From positions 20,772,001 to 20,836,000 of the forward strand of contig OZ249436.1 in the NCBI GenBank assembly GCA_965235115.1: 64,000 nt of DNA, written 5' to 3'. Numbering within the stretch: position 1 is the stretch's first letter; every line of letters starts with the position of its first letter. Origin of the DNA: Laetmonice hystrix (lineage: Eukaryota). Positions 11,946-25,293 of this stretch are shown piece after piece. Made by a program: the position numbers and the translations under genes. A model generated the notes under the pieces. The model was not told the DNA's origin. It saw nothing but the letters and a program-made list of their open reading frames with translations, and searched no databases.

Positions 11946-13772
11946 CTGTCAAACAAAGATGAGAACACACCTTATATACTCTTTTTCTTGTAAGTTTTCA
12001 TTAGCATAACATAGAAATGTACATGTACTAGGCCTTAAACAACTTAGTAATATTACATTTGTCTAGACTGACCGTTTATAAATTATTCTAGGTGAAGTTT
12101 TAGTTTTACAAGTGCACGGCTCTATAATGGCAGGCATGGCAAATTACTCTTGCCGGACACCACGGGCAAGCTGATCAAAGTTAAGCAAGTCCAGCACACT
12201 GCTCTCATTAGCCTAACACAACGCATGAAAGTATTAGGGGCAATTTGATTTCAGAGGAGGGCAAGTAGATTTCGATAGACCACTTGCCCCGTTTCAAGAC
12301 AGTGCTCAAACTGAACAATCAGTCACCCCTGAATGGGAACGTGGAATATGACATAAAAAAATCAGAATGTAACATTGTAAGCCAAAACAAAACCAGCCAA
12401 GACTTGCACTCCCTATTCAGACATAATTAGAAGAGGATAAATTAATTTTCGCTGACCTTTTTGTTGAAATTGGATATTTTATGTCTCTTTATCACATCAT
12501 AAAACATGTACTGTCTGATATACTGGTAGACTCTGACTGCCCATTGTAACGTATTTTGGCACCAAGTCTACAGATAGGGGCCTACTTTACCTCTTAGTGA
12601 AGTACCAGTATTATCTTGTGAAGAACTGCATTGAAACATAATTTAATATGACCAGATGGATGACAATAAACTGACACAATTCGATGGTTCAAGTAGGTCC
12701 GACCAGAGTGGCTTGGTAAAACACCATCATGTAAGCTGTCGTCTTCAAGGCCAATACATGTAGCACTGCGAAATGTTATATTATTTTTTACCGATTTTAA
12801 ACTGATTTTTTTAAAGATATCCCCACCTCAGAAACAAAATTCTTCTGCCAGCTAATTAGAATACACCGTACTTGTAAGCAAGACACTAGCAAACATCTGA
12901 TTGCAGATTTAGTTCCACACACTTGGTCATAGAAACGTACATCACTTCTAAGTATCTAAAGATTCAAATAAAATGGAAAATCAGGAATCTTGATCCAAGA
13001 GCCTTTCAGATTTGGAATACTTTTTCTTGGATGTCTCCCACTCCACTAAATTTTCAAAAAGCCATAGCACAAAACCTCAAAGATAATCTGGGTATGATAT
13101 CAAAAACCATTTCATCTTTTTCTTTTCAATGACAGATCACAAACAAATTTTTCCTGAACCTTTCAGTTTTCAGAAACACTAATGTAAATCGAAATGTGCT
13201 GATCAAGGTACCTTTTCAAATTTCATTGTCACGGAAAGATATTTTCACCCTGGGCACCTATAAATCTTATAGGAACCACCAACAAATTCTGGTCTGCACA
13301 CCTGCACAATTCTGCACGGACTGTCGGCGCCCTTGGTAGTTCCACTTGAAGAAAGTTGGATCAGACCCAGACCTGGGGCACATTATATTTCATGTCTCAC
13401 AGTCCACACGTGAAGGCATCCATCTGTAGCTCCCCCGCAACAACTTTTCTACACCACAAAATTAAGTTCACTGCCAATAAAGATTTTCCAAATAACATGT
13501 ATGGGATGCCTCTAACTTTTAATCATACCTTATCCATGGAGTAGGGGGCTAATTAGGACATGTGACAAATGTCCCAAATAAAAAGGATCAATTTTGTATT
13601 TAGAAAGTACCTCTGGCCCCTCCCCCATTGTTCAAACATTGTTTGTCAATGATTTTTGCTGATGTTCTCTCCTGATTTGCACAAAACACGGATTCATTTA
13701 TTTATCTTCATTTTTTTAGTCAACTTTGGGGGAGTACTGCATGGGAAACACCGTAGCCAACTGACTAATTTG

Positions 13773-14039
13773 TCATTTGTCACTACGGATATAGTCTGTT
13801 TGCAGCCTTGAGGATATCAAGCCTGATGAACTAGTACTGGAGTCGTGCAGTCTATGTCTCCTCATGTGTGTCCGAAGTACATCAGACCTTTTGAAGCCCT
13901 TTTTACACACTGGACAGACGTAGCCGTTCTGGTAGTAGTGTGTCTGACGATGCCGCAGCATGTTTTGTTTCTTCGAGTATGACTTGCCACATATTGGACA
14001 GGTTGCCCGGTCTTCTTGCCCATCATGCTCATCTCCAAT
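13773..14039 (-). CDS. Gene A alternative terminal exon 1: two C2H2 zinc fingers
   Basis: Acceptor attttgctgtgtag|ATT, phase 0. Encodes IGDEHDGQEDRATCPICGKSYSKKQNMLRHRQTH...YVCPVCKKGFKRSDVLRTHMRRH...stop; minus-strand AATAAA at 13697-13702. Confidence 0.82.
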   Translation of the reverse strand: MGDEHDGQEDRATCPICGKSYSKKQNMLRHRQTHYYQNGYVCPVCKKGFKRSDVLRTHMRRHRLHDSSTSSSGLISSRLQTDYIRSDK

Positions 14040-14432
14040 CTACACAGCAAAATAATTATAAAATTGAGTCCAAAACGTTGACAGATTGTTGGAAATTTGG
14101 TGCTTTGTTTGCTAGCACATGTTTGTGATGCAATTCTTTCATGGAAATAAGTTTGAAGGTGCAAAGTTTGTCTTGCTTTAGAATTTTACTTTTCTAAATA
14201 TGCTTGTGTATTATTTTTGACTTCTCCAACATTTTCACAACCCCTTGTCCATGTGTGCTGTTTTGTTATATATGGTTCAGGAAATATATTTGTTATTATT
14301 TATTGCAATTTTCCCTAGAAATCAAGAAAACTTTCAACCAGTCCTCAAAAGAAAATTTGTTGCTCAAGGTGGTCAATCCAAGGCTGGTGACTAGGTACTT
14401 CTTGACATTTGTATTAAAGCAATCACCAAGTA

Positions 14433-14754
14433 TCCCTCATTTCAGAGACTCCAAAATGCAGACATGGACTGTCAGGTTACATAAAGCCTTAGAACTGGAG
14501 AAATCTAATGAAATTTAACATTCAGTTGCCTGTTGTCGCCACGAAGCGAATGTCTCATGGCTGGTTGTTGACCTAGCATGGACTTTGGACAGCCAATAAA
14601 ATTCATCGGGCGATGAACTGATGAATTCCATTGGCGTTTCAACTAGAACGTTAAATTTCATCAGATTCCTCCATTTCTGTGGGTGAACATTGATTTATTG
14701 ATTTATGTAGTCTAAGGCTTTACATACATTTTGGAGTCACTGAAATGAGAGACA
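14433..14754. mobile_element. MITE, shared family with 31015-31378
   Basis: Inverted termini catttcagagactccaaaatg / catttttggagtcactgaaatg; related copy at 31015-31378. Confidence 0.65.
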
Positions 14755-15741
14755 CTCGATGATTGCTTTAACAAGCAGAGTGGTCAGTCTGTCAATTAAA
14801 TTAGAACTGAGCTGGCTAAAGTGCCTAGCCTCAGTACCACCTGACCTGATACTAGTGAATCAGTATTGATTTAGACCAAGGGACCGTTTCACCCATATTT
14901 TTCACAGATGAATGCTTCACCAGAGTTTGCTGGTCTAATTCACAAGTAAACGGACAGCTGGTGGAATAAACACCGATCTTATTGTAATTAGTTAGGTACC
15001 TTTATAGTCATGCACTATGTATGGCAATATTGCTATATAATACCCCGTAGTATAAGCTGCCTCAGGACTTTGGTGCATCCACTCACTGCATACAAATTTG
15101 GCACCTCGGTCCATACTGAATCTATCACGGCAAAATCAACTGAACTTGCTTTCGAAACTATCAACGAAATCTATTTGTGACAACGTAAATCAATGGGAGC
15201 TGGTGATGACATTCAGTCACCACAACATCAGGCTCAATACCCTCCAGTAGTGTTAACTTTCTATCGCCTGACGCTCGGGCTACTAAATTCTCCAGTCGGG
15301 CTACTGGTGTCTACTGAGGGCTTGAGTCAATGGGCTACCAGTTAAATACTCTCCATCTGGTGGACTGGGACCCAGCTAAATAGGGGTACACATGTAGTTC
15401 TATTTCTAACCATTTTCCAAAGCTCACTGGTCTTTAGTCAGGTTTCTTCCGGAACATTTTTGTTTGAAATAACTGAATTACTTGTAAGAAAAGGTATAAA
15501 AGGAATGGCAGTGGGGAAGAGGAGACTATATGTGATGGGGGTAAAAATTTTAACTCTTTATAAAATTAAATGCTTAATCAACCAGTTTTGCTATAGGCTA
15601 CCAGAATTTCAGGGTAGTGGACACAAGGTTTGGGCTAGTCAGTTTTTTTCTGCTGCCTAGTCCCGGGCTATCAGTTACGGGAAAAAAGTACACCACTGCC
15701 CTGTATCAGTCATCAATTTCTAGACTTTCAGTTTCAAGAGC

Positions 15742-16059
15742 ATAGGGAGTGAAAGTAACGTCACAATCTTGTGGGATTTTGCCAATTCCTGGGAATATGC
15801 CGCTTGGCGGCAATGTTTAAAGCAATGGACGAAACCTTACGACATCCCCCACCAAGCCTACTACAAATTGTGTACAATTATTAATTTCCAACTTTATACC
15901 CTGAATGATAAGCCTCAAAATATTTTTAACTCTGCTTGTATCTTCACATGCTGCAATTCTCCTATGTTTACACAGTTTACAACTGTGCATCATTCCCTGG
16001 AAGTGGCTCAGTTCCACCCATTATCGTCCCACAGGGTGATGTCACTTTCACTCCCTATT
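15742..16059. mobile_element. Small TIR element in gene A intron
   Basis: atagggagtgaaagt..cgtcac..tgtggga at 15742 is matched in inverted orientation at 16027-16059. Confidence 0.55.
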
Positions 16060-16201
16060 GATAACACAAGGGCAGCCTTTACTTTTACATGGGAACTAAG
16101 TTACTAGAAAATTTCATGTCATCAAACCTAAACCAAGGTTTCAAGGAAAAACAAGCACATATAAATTTCAAAAAGAAATGTAAACCACACCACTGTTATA
16201 C

Positions 16202-17179
16202 CTTGTTTGTCACATAAACATCTGGACACCATGTAGAACTGGATGCATCAATTTCCTGAATACTTTGGCCAGTGTGCTTCGACTGTTGATTAGATACATG
16301 ATGCAGTTCCACTTCATCTCCCAGATGTTCTGACCACACAAATCCTGCCATGCCATGAGAGTCATGTCCAATGAAATACTCATTCTTTACTTCATTCGAC
16401 ATGGCTAATTCTGACTGAAACTGTTGTACTGATGCACTGTATATTTCTTCAGACTTTCTTCTGACAAAATCTGGTTCCCTATCCAATCGTCGTTTTGCTG
16501 GAGGTTCGTTACATCCACCAGAACTGGTGTAAATGTCATCATCATTCTCTTCACGGTCACCAGTGTCAACCTCAGAACTTCTTCCATTACTTGTGTTTAA
16601 ATTCAAATGATGAGGTGAAACCCATCCTGAAGCTGTTGACTCATCTCCTGAGCATTCTGATTTCTGTCTTGGTGAATGTCTCCTGTGTCCGATGATTCGT
16701 GCCGGATTTGCTATTTTTGAGGCAGCTGTGAATCCATTCTCTGGTCCATTTTCCTCAAAATCTGTTACTTCAGCTACTTCTTGTTTGATGATATTCGAAG
16801 CTAAATTTCCATTTTTGCTAGTCCTTGTCAGTTCATGGTTCTTTGTGTTACTTCCGTACGTTCTTCTTAAACCTTGATCTGTACCATTGCCTTTCCCAAG
16901 CTGCCGTTTATGTCTACTTGGGACACTCTGATTTAAGGAAATATATTGATCAGAATGTTCTGCAGGGTTACTTTGAACTGCTGCCTTTGTCACTTCTATA
17001 TCATTCTTGAAATTTTTGCTGATATGTACAAAAAATACTTCGCTGTGGTCTATGCTGACGCCTAGGAGACCTTCCACAGACAAATCTTTGTCAAACTGCA
17101 GGCTGTTTTTACACAGTAATGTTACAGTGTCAATGAGGAGACTCTTTACACGCTGTTGCTCAGGTTTTAACTCAGCCAT
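16202..17179 (-). CDS. Gene A constant exon: unrecognised ~55-aa N-terminal domain plus disordered linker; putative zinc-finger transcription factor with alternative C-termini
   Basis: 326 open codons. Acceptor tatttttcag at 17282 with an in-frame stop before the ATG. N-terminus EQQRVKSLLIDTVTLLCKNSLQFDKDLSVEGLLGVSIDHSEVFFVHIS is paralogous to the ORF at 25294. NLS-like PPAKRR and SUMO-like IKQE. Phase-0 donor AAG|GTATAA at 16202/16201. Confidence 0.85.
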
Positions 17180-19418
17180 CCTGAGGTTCCAATTGAACTG
17201 TCCTAACTTTGAACACAGACAGAGTGGTGTTGCTGTTGAGAACTTGGCAGAACACGCAGTGTAGTCGACTGCTGCAGTTTCCTGAAAAATAGATTATACA
17301 ATGTAGGTCTAAAGAATTCTACAAGAAAAACCACAGCATTTACTTTGCAAAGATACTCTGTTCAAAAGTAACATGCATATGTCATGGCTAAATCTTCAAA
17401 TTGATATCATTGCCACTGGCTAATCCTTTAAACTTAAAGTTAAAGTACAGAATAGGCACATGTATGTGTGATGTGGTTAAACTTTTTGGCAAGTACCTTA
17501 ACTGAGACCACCAGAAATTCCTGCAGACAACCAAGGTTCCATTATATGGGTTGTCCGGCGGACAACCCGAGAAAAAAATCCTTAAATTGAATGCTGATAA
17601 GCCTAGGTTTATGGGAAATAATGCCTTTGCAAAGCCTTGGCCTCCTGAGAAATAGTGTTAGGTGCACTGAAATTATATAAGTAGATGATATATTTACAGT
17701 TAACATGCGTTTTCTACAGACAGCCCACACAAAAGGAAGTATGGACCATGGTGACATTGAATTTGACATCAGTGTCATAGTATTTGGATGGCACAGCCAT
17801 CTGCGGACAGAAAACTTTTGAATTAAATAGGCTGCAATACAGTGCATTTGGAAGCATACATCAACTCTCAACATAGCCTACTCAAGAATCAAGCGTTTTT
17901 AAAATAAGTAGGCCTATCAGCAGTTTTTAAGTTAAGTGAAATTTTATTACCTTTTTAAAATCAGAAACACTTGTTTTTTTTCATTAAAAACAAACATAAT
18001 ATTAATATGTAATGCGGTAATGGGTTTGACTTAGTTGACTTAGCACATGACCTTAAAATTTTAAGCCTGCCAAGGGAGTAGGCCTAAGGCCTTGTGCCAC
18101 CCTTGTGCCACCGCCCTCTGCGAGTCTGTGAGTGTGACTACTACGAACCCACTACTACAAGTGAGTGCGACTGTGGAGTGTGGTGGTATAAATAAAATCC
18201 CAAAATCGGTACATTCAAAAACGCTGACGGTGCCCATGCATGGGAAGAATGACGCATTCCTTCCAACAGACCGAGACAAAAGCAAGGCTGGTAGTTCAGA
18301 GTGACCCCCCCCCCCCCCCCCCATCCCCGACCTGACTGATTTTGCATTGCCAATCATGCCCGGCTGCACCATCTATAATCGAGGAACCCCCCCCCCCCCC
18401 CCCCCCCCAAATATTTATGAACAGCCTATCATTATCAATCATGCATTACTCCATAGCCATAGGCATAGCCTAGCCCTAACGTTAGGCCTAATAAAAGTAG
18501 TATGGAAGAGAACGCCGATGCCCCCATGGAATAACTACTTTGTGTTCTAAACAGATCTACTGCTTTACGAAAGCGTTATCTGCTATCAACGGTCTGTTCT
18601 TCATGCTATTTTGAGGAGCACTTACATAAAACTAGGCCACTGCATCACAGCTGAATGGCGTTTTCAAGCTTTTTTCGGAACCTAATTTCTATGGCCTCGC
18701 TTTGGAACCACACAGGACTCTGGGAGCGGTTCGTATTCTGTTATCCTCACCATCCACTACCACCGTGTAGACAGTTATGTGCTGAAATTGTTCATCACAA
18801 TGGCATGAGAAGTGTTACATATCAATCGTTAGATAGTTTAAGATCTATCGTGCTGGAAACATATTAAGGCATAAAACATATCGGTCATCATAAATTTTAG
18901 TTAGATAATGACAGGCTCCCTCGAGCTAGCCGTTTCCTTATCGAGTGTGCAGCTTTGTCGTGAATGTGGGAATATCTCCCAAAATTTATATATACCACGG
19001 AAGAAATTACTCAAATAAGACATTTAAATGAAAGGTAAGATCATTTTTTGCCAAATGCACCAGTAGTAATACTAATTCGATTCCTGAATAGTCCAAAATA
19101 CGTGACTGACTATGATTTGGGAACCATCGAAATTTGAAGGAAATTTTAGGGATTCTTTTTAGTATTTCCGCGAGGTGGCGCAACTGTATAAACACGGCAG
19201 GTCACAGAGTTAGAGGAGGCTAGGCCAGTCTAACACCTTGCATGATGCAGTGTTAGAGTTGATAAAATTTAATGCTAGACAGCCGCGAAATCTCTGAAAG
19301 TTCCCTGGACTTCTGCAGAGCTATTTTAAGCGTGGCGTGTACTCGCTACACATCTACTATGATCTAGGCTATGCGCCGTACTGACTGTACAGTGTACACA
19401 TTCCGCTCAGTCACCTTC

Positions 19419-19772
19419 CCGGTGTCGCGGTCTCAGATCTCCGTGGTCTCAGAACTCCGGGAGGTTAGCTGCATCGCCGTGTGTTCTAGTCTAACTATCC
19501 GAAATATCAGCTCTCAGTTGAGTCACACGTAATAACTCTCATCTCCTCTACGATACTTGGTTTACAAATTACAGTTTACCTATCCAGACTGTCCTTTAGT
19601 CTTGTTTGGAAGAAAACTCCACCGCCCATCAGCTAGCACTAGCAGACGACCGGAGGTGTGAGCCCAAACAGCGACTCGCGCGTGCTCATTTAGTCAGATT
19701 CAGCATCTAAACAATAGGAAACCATGCCCCCGGAGTGCTGAGACCAACGGAGATCTGAGACCGCGACACCGG
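19419..19772. mobile_element. MITE family 'ccggtgtcg/ctcagatctcc', copy 2
   Basis: TIR ccggtgtcgcggtctcagatctccg / cggagatctgagaccgcgacaccgg; inverted relative to 1209-1550. Confidence 0.8.
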
Positions 19773-20225
19773 CTTGAAGCAGTCACTTGCCGGGACTTGG
19801 ACGCGCCAAGTCCCGTCCCGGGACTTGGACGCGCCAAGTCCCGTCAGCAAGCAGTTGACCTGTCGGTGTCCTGCAATAATAATATTTTATTAATATAGCC
19901 GCTCATTGAGCAAGGCTTCTTTAACTGGCATAAATCCATCTAGTTTGACCGCAGGCCCTACCTCGTAGGGGTACGGTAGCGTCATCATCCAGGCCCAAGA
20001 GATATATTAGGCTTTGTGCAATATGAAATTTAATATGTTTTGCATACGACCATTTCAAATCATCAATAAAATATTTTTAAAACCTGGAAGTTTGTGACTC
20101 TTCTACCTAGTAGCGCTTGTTAAGCAAAATCTGTCACGACGACCTATACAAAAAAATAGCCAGAATTATTCCCCACGTATAGTAAGGTCTCCGCAGATGT
20201 CTTCCTTTAGTTTTAGCAAGACTCC

Positions 20226-21382
20226 TGGGGCCCATTTCACTAACAATGTCCCCAGCCAAAATCCCCACCAATGTCCCCAGATTGGAGACATCCCCACTCA
20301 AGGTGTTTCACTAAAAAGTCCCTCCCCCGGGACGTCCCCGAATCGGGGATTTTGGTGGGGACTGCTTCTGAGCAGTCCCGCCAAGTCGCCAATAAAATAA
20401 CGTTAATTATAGGTATATCTTTAAGTAAATAAAGCTAAAATGTGTCTAACCGTAAAGTAGAGATCTTGCTGTCTCTCCCCAGTGCCACGAACACAACGTT
20501 TGTGTTTACAGAGAGCGCTACGTGACGTCCAAACAAACCATTGCCTGACATCAAAATAGACAGTGATTCTAGCTGACACAGTTAACGGGCATGGTGGACG
20601 TCTAAAATAACGTGTTTTGGAATGTTAGTTTATCATAATCAAACAACATCAGGGCTGTCCATCTGTCGCATTGTCGCAAAAAATGTGCGACAAGGACCAT
20701 GAAATTTGCGACAAGGGCTTCCCCCCGCCCCCCAAAAAAGACACCCCCAAAGACCAGACACTTTGCTCCAATCAGTTGGAATTCTGCTCCAGGATTTGCA
20801 AGGGTGGCCAGCCCTGAACATAAGTCGAGCTCATGATTTTAGTTACATAGATTGTAAAAGGTAAGAATGCAAAATGCACTACAAAAGGCATTAAAACAGC
20901 ATGTTTTAAGTTTCTCTGCTGGGCGAATTATCATCAGCATAAGCGGCAATCGGCAACCTGTGACATTTTGTTAGTGAAACAGTCATCGGGGGATGTCGCC
21001 GGGCTGTCCCTGTTTTGGGGATGTCCCGCTTGGGGACAAACATTCTTAGTGAAACGAGCCCCTGGGGCCCGTTTCACTAACAGCGACATCCCTGCAACAT
21101 CCCTGATTTAGGGGGCATCCCCACTCAAGGTGCTCTGCTAAAATGACCTCCCAGTGACATTCCCAATTCAGGCAATATTAATTTCAAGGACATTTTAGTG
21201 AAACAGGGGTGCGTTCCACTAAGCCCGAAAGACGTCTTTGAAATGGTCGCTGAGCCCAAAGAGGTCTTTGCAGCAACGGGTGTGGACACTAACCTCCTAT
21301 TCTTTAACATTGGCCCCGCAAAGACTTCTTTCCAAAGACGTCTTTGCTAAAGACGTCTTTCGTTAGTGGAACGCACCCCAGG
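20226..21382. mobile_element. Cluster of abutting or nested GGGGC-terminated MITEs (PIF/Harbinger-like, CWG targets)
   Basis: ggggcccatttcactaa...ttagtgaaacgagcccc, then ggggccccgtttcactaa..., then ggggtgcgttccactaa...ttagtggaacgcacccc (the last family is also at 2224-2400 and 2480-2580). Confidence 0.65.
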
Positions 21383-22289
21383 ATGTCTCCGATAAAACAA
21401 GAGCTAGACAGCAAAAAAGTGTGGTCTAGCCTTCTATTCACAGCTGTACCGCGCGTCCTCCCTATATGCATGACCACACATAGACATTTGAGCAGCAGCA
21501 CGCTAAAATAATGCTATAAAGTTCTATGAAATAAGGATTCACACACATCTTGATTCATATTTACATTAAAAGACCAACTCCTCACACTAGTATCAACAAG
21601 AAGATATAGGCCTACACCTTCTTAAATGTTTTAAAGGTGGTTAAACTGGATGACCTCCCGAGTTCCCAACTTAAACGCTGCTGGAACTCTTTATAAAGCG
21701 TTAGACCTAATATTTGTTTAATGTTGTTTGTTTTCCTCAAATTAGAAATAACCCAAGCGCATATAAACACCTTTATCCATGCGCCAGCAGGGTTTCCTGC
21801 AGGCCCTTTTTTTTTTGGGGGGGGGGAGACTCCCCCCCCATTATTTAACTACTCCCCCCCCCCCCCCCAAAAAAAAAAAAAAATTCCAGGGGGAAATATT
21901 TTGCATTACTCTCTCTTCCTCCAAACTTGCAGCATTCCCCCCCCAAAAGTCGAAAATCTCCAGGAAAATCTCGATCCATACTTCGCGCCATAAAGGAGCC
22001 TCGTTCTGTTATCTGTTTATATTTGTTATCAAAACGTATACATATATATTCAGACATGTATGCTGAAATTTACACAGGACTTCGGACAATGATGAAACAA
22101 AATGTGCGATATTTCAATCAACCCTAAATTTGTGGTAAAAATCCCTAATTTTTCTCTGATTTCACAGTGAACTGACAAGATATTACCACTTCTTGAAGCA
22201 GGCAAAGAAGTCTGCTAAAATACCAGAAACGTTGATTCTTCCAAATAGATCTACCTCCTTGACTGAACATTTCCTCGGATTTCCCTTAC

Positions 22290-22544
22290 CTGTGACGTCA
22301 CATTGTCATTGATAGGAATCTCTGGTTTTCCATGTTTGTTTTATCTGTTTTTTATGACAGTAGGCTCTCAAGATCATGATGTTATCGTAATGTAAAGGGG
22401 GCCAAGCCAGGGAAGGCCAGGCCACAACAAAAACAAACTGGACCACAGCCCCAAAAGAGGGCATGTCCAGATCTGCAGCCAGGCCCTTGTTAAGCTGTAT
22501 CCTCACTGGACGTGTGCGATGTGAGTGACTCGCGCGTTTTTATA
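22290..22544 (-). promoter_or_regulatory. Candidate promoter and non-coding first exon of gene A
   Basis: Minus-strand TATAAAAA at 22537-22544 followed ~250 nt later by a strong donor CAG|GTAAGG at 22290/22289. Confidence 0.35.
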
Positions 22545-23037
22545 GAAGTGATGGAAATAAGTGGAGCCATTTGTAGTTGCACTGGCCGCGTTGCGACACA
22601 GATAGGACCTGGTTCTATTTTTGTCGCACACTTAGCGTGACAAAACATCTTGACCGATCAGAACTGAGATCTACGACCTTGAACTTTGTTCAAGAGCGTC
22701 AAGAGATACACCTATACACGGCTATAGCCTACTCATTTTTAATTGATTTTAACACTGACATTGTATCTCAGGGAATCCCCGAGCTATTGTGTACACAATC
22801 TCTAGTAATCTCGTAATGCAAACAATCGTGATTTGCTTTTCTGTGCCCCCTCTCCGGGTCCCCTTTAGTGATATCTTGGATCCGTAAGTGATAGATGTGC
22901 ATAATATTTAAATATGTTCCCAGGCCCATAGTCTATACGCAGACGTATCACGCGCATCTGGTGAAGATGGTGGAAAATCGCATCGCACGCGTCGTGCACG
23001 TTGCGATAACGTTAACACTCTTCCAGATAAGGACACT

Positions 23038-23192
23038 GGGGCCGGTTTTACTAAAGGTCGAAAATAACGACGTCGAAAGTTTAACATAGAAGTGAATGGT
23101 TGCTAGGTTGTTATTTTCGACCTAGCAACCCATTCACTTCTATGTTAAATTTTCAACGTCGTTATGTTCGACTCTTTAGTAAAACCGGCCCC
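23038..23192. mobile_element. Palindromic MITE
   Basis: ggggccggttttactaaa...tttagtaaaaccggcccc near-perfect foldback; degenerate copy at ~5495-5630. Confidence 0.65.
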
Positions 23193-24593
23193 CGATTACT
23201 TCTCAGAGGAAGAGATGGAAAACAGTGCCTGTATTTTAAATTTGACATTTTGGTAAATGTCCTGTGAATTGTCCCAATGTCCGGTGAATTTCAGAATTTC
23301 ACCGGACATTTGTCCAGTGAAAGCTCAGAAGATTTCACCATGTCTGTGTATGTGTCATCCTCCCGCGCTCGGGGTTGAACCGTTTGATTCATCCCCTCCC
23401 TCCTGCCCGTCTATTCTTAGAAACGCGTGGCTCGCAGCGCCATCTGTTTTCCCCCTTGCTGCCGTCTGCTGCACAGCTCCATCTGATTAATAGCTGCTGC
23501 ACAGCTCCATCTGAGGCCCGATTAATAAAATTAGCGTGCATTTCTGGTTAACCAATAGTACGTTCGGACCGGAACGTTGCCACGGTGAAATTATTGTTGT
23601 TAAAGCAATGGCGAAGCCAACGATAGCAGCAACGGGTAGGCATTTAATCCTGACAGTGACACTATAGTGACAGTGGGAGGAACAATTTTGAGTTGACAGG
23701 GCTGCAAGAACACACACTATAACTATAAGTATTAGCTATCCCAACCTATAATTATTTAACCCACGGCACGGGCGAGACCGAGCCAGCGCCAGCGACACCG
23801 GGCCAAGTCGCGAGCAGGCCGGTGTTCGAAGTGCAGAGAGCGACGATGCAGAAATCAGGGGAGCTAAACTTTAGAATTTCGCGTGTTAAACCGTATCAAG
23901 TCAGAGTTCTACAAACTGTATTGTTAGGGAGGGACACATTTGTTTATCAGGGAACTGGGCAAGGCTATCAGGCATTTTTGCGAGAAGTAAGCCTTCGGTG
24001 AGGACCGTTAGTGCGGGTGGAGCGACGATGACAGGTCCTATTAATATTCATAAGGTTGACCTCAGGGTCAACTTCCGCCCGGTTAGCATGGGCTGAGCTC
24101 AAGGGGTAGAATGCAGGATGAGCGATGCCCCTTGACAACTCAAGATGTGTGTGTATAGGGTCCGAGATCTTCGATATATCGCACCACTCTCTGATCGCAC
24201 CACAATTTTTGTTGCGACCTGTATGTACAATGCATTTTTACCCTGGTGTCAGTGAAAATATTGCTCTACCAAAAACGGACCTCTCCTGTGGTCTTCTTAG
24301 CTGTTTCATGATAGTGATGAACCACATGTAGCCAAGTGATGAACCACATGCATTTCATGACATGCTCTACCCCTGGGCCTTATTGAATAATAAATTGAAT
24401 TGCATTTAATAAGAGGCCGAGGTTAATTACACGTGGTATCCTCACTGTGCAACAAATTTGACTTCGGGCCATTTTGTTTTAAAAAAACAGTGCCTGACCA
24501 GCCATGCGGAACACTATTCAGACATGAATGGTGTCAATTTGAAACTAAGATCGACAAGATGACCTAACTGTGTAAGATTTAGGGAAATTTGCA

Positions 24594-25023
24594 CAGGGTT
24601 CCCACGGAGTCGGGATGTCGGGAAATAGTCAGGAAACCCATCAGGTCGGGATCCTAAGGTTCTCTGAAAAGTCCTGATTTCATCACAAAAGTCTTGAAAT
24701 TACGAAAGCCAGTGGCTTGGCTAGCCCAAACCTGTACTTTCCTAGCCAGGGACTTCGACAATGCTCCACTTGTCAGTAGGGCCTAACCAGAACTTTGGTT
24801 TGTGAAGTTTTTCAAATTTAATATAGTTTCAGTTTTAAAGATGTCAGACTATATTTTATGAAACTATAAATTTATTTTTAGCCTCAAAACAGGTTAAATG
24901 CCTTGATCTTTTTTTAAAAGGTGGTGGGGTGGGGTGGAGGGAGGACTTGACATTAGACGCAAAGTTCTGAAAAAGTCGGGAAATAGTGCTGATTTCTATG
25001 GGTCCTGATCCGTGGGAGCCCTG
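24594..25023. mobile_element. CAGGG-terminated non-autonomous DNA element
   Basis: cagggttcccacgga ... tccgtgggagccctg inverted termini, flanked by tttgca on both sides. Confidence 0.6.
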
Positions 25024-25293
25024 TTTGCAACTGTTTCACTTTTTTTGATACATCCTGTATAGTTTAGCTACAGTTGCTTCATTGTAAACTGACAGAAGGG
25101 ACAGTTTGATAATTTAGTCATTCACTTTTGACCATAATTCACTGCCATAGATGTGGGTGCTTCTTAATTCTGTTATTATCTTTTTTTCTCTTCATAGAAG
25201 TTGACCTCATCTCCTCATCGAAATTCCATGAATGATTGGTGAAGGCAGAACGACCAAGAACGACGGCACTGGTGTATCACATGTGTTAGGAAG

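Noticed and set aside
15817..16017. ORF with CKLC motif as another variable exon
   Set aside because: Lies inside a small TIR element, has no good acceptor and no complete zinc-finger pattern.
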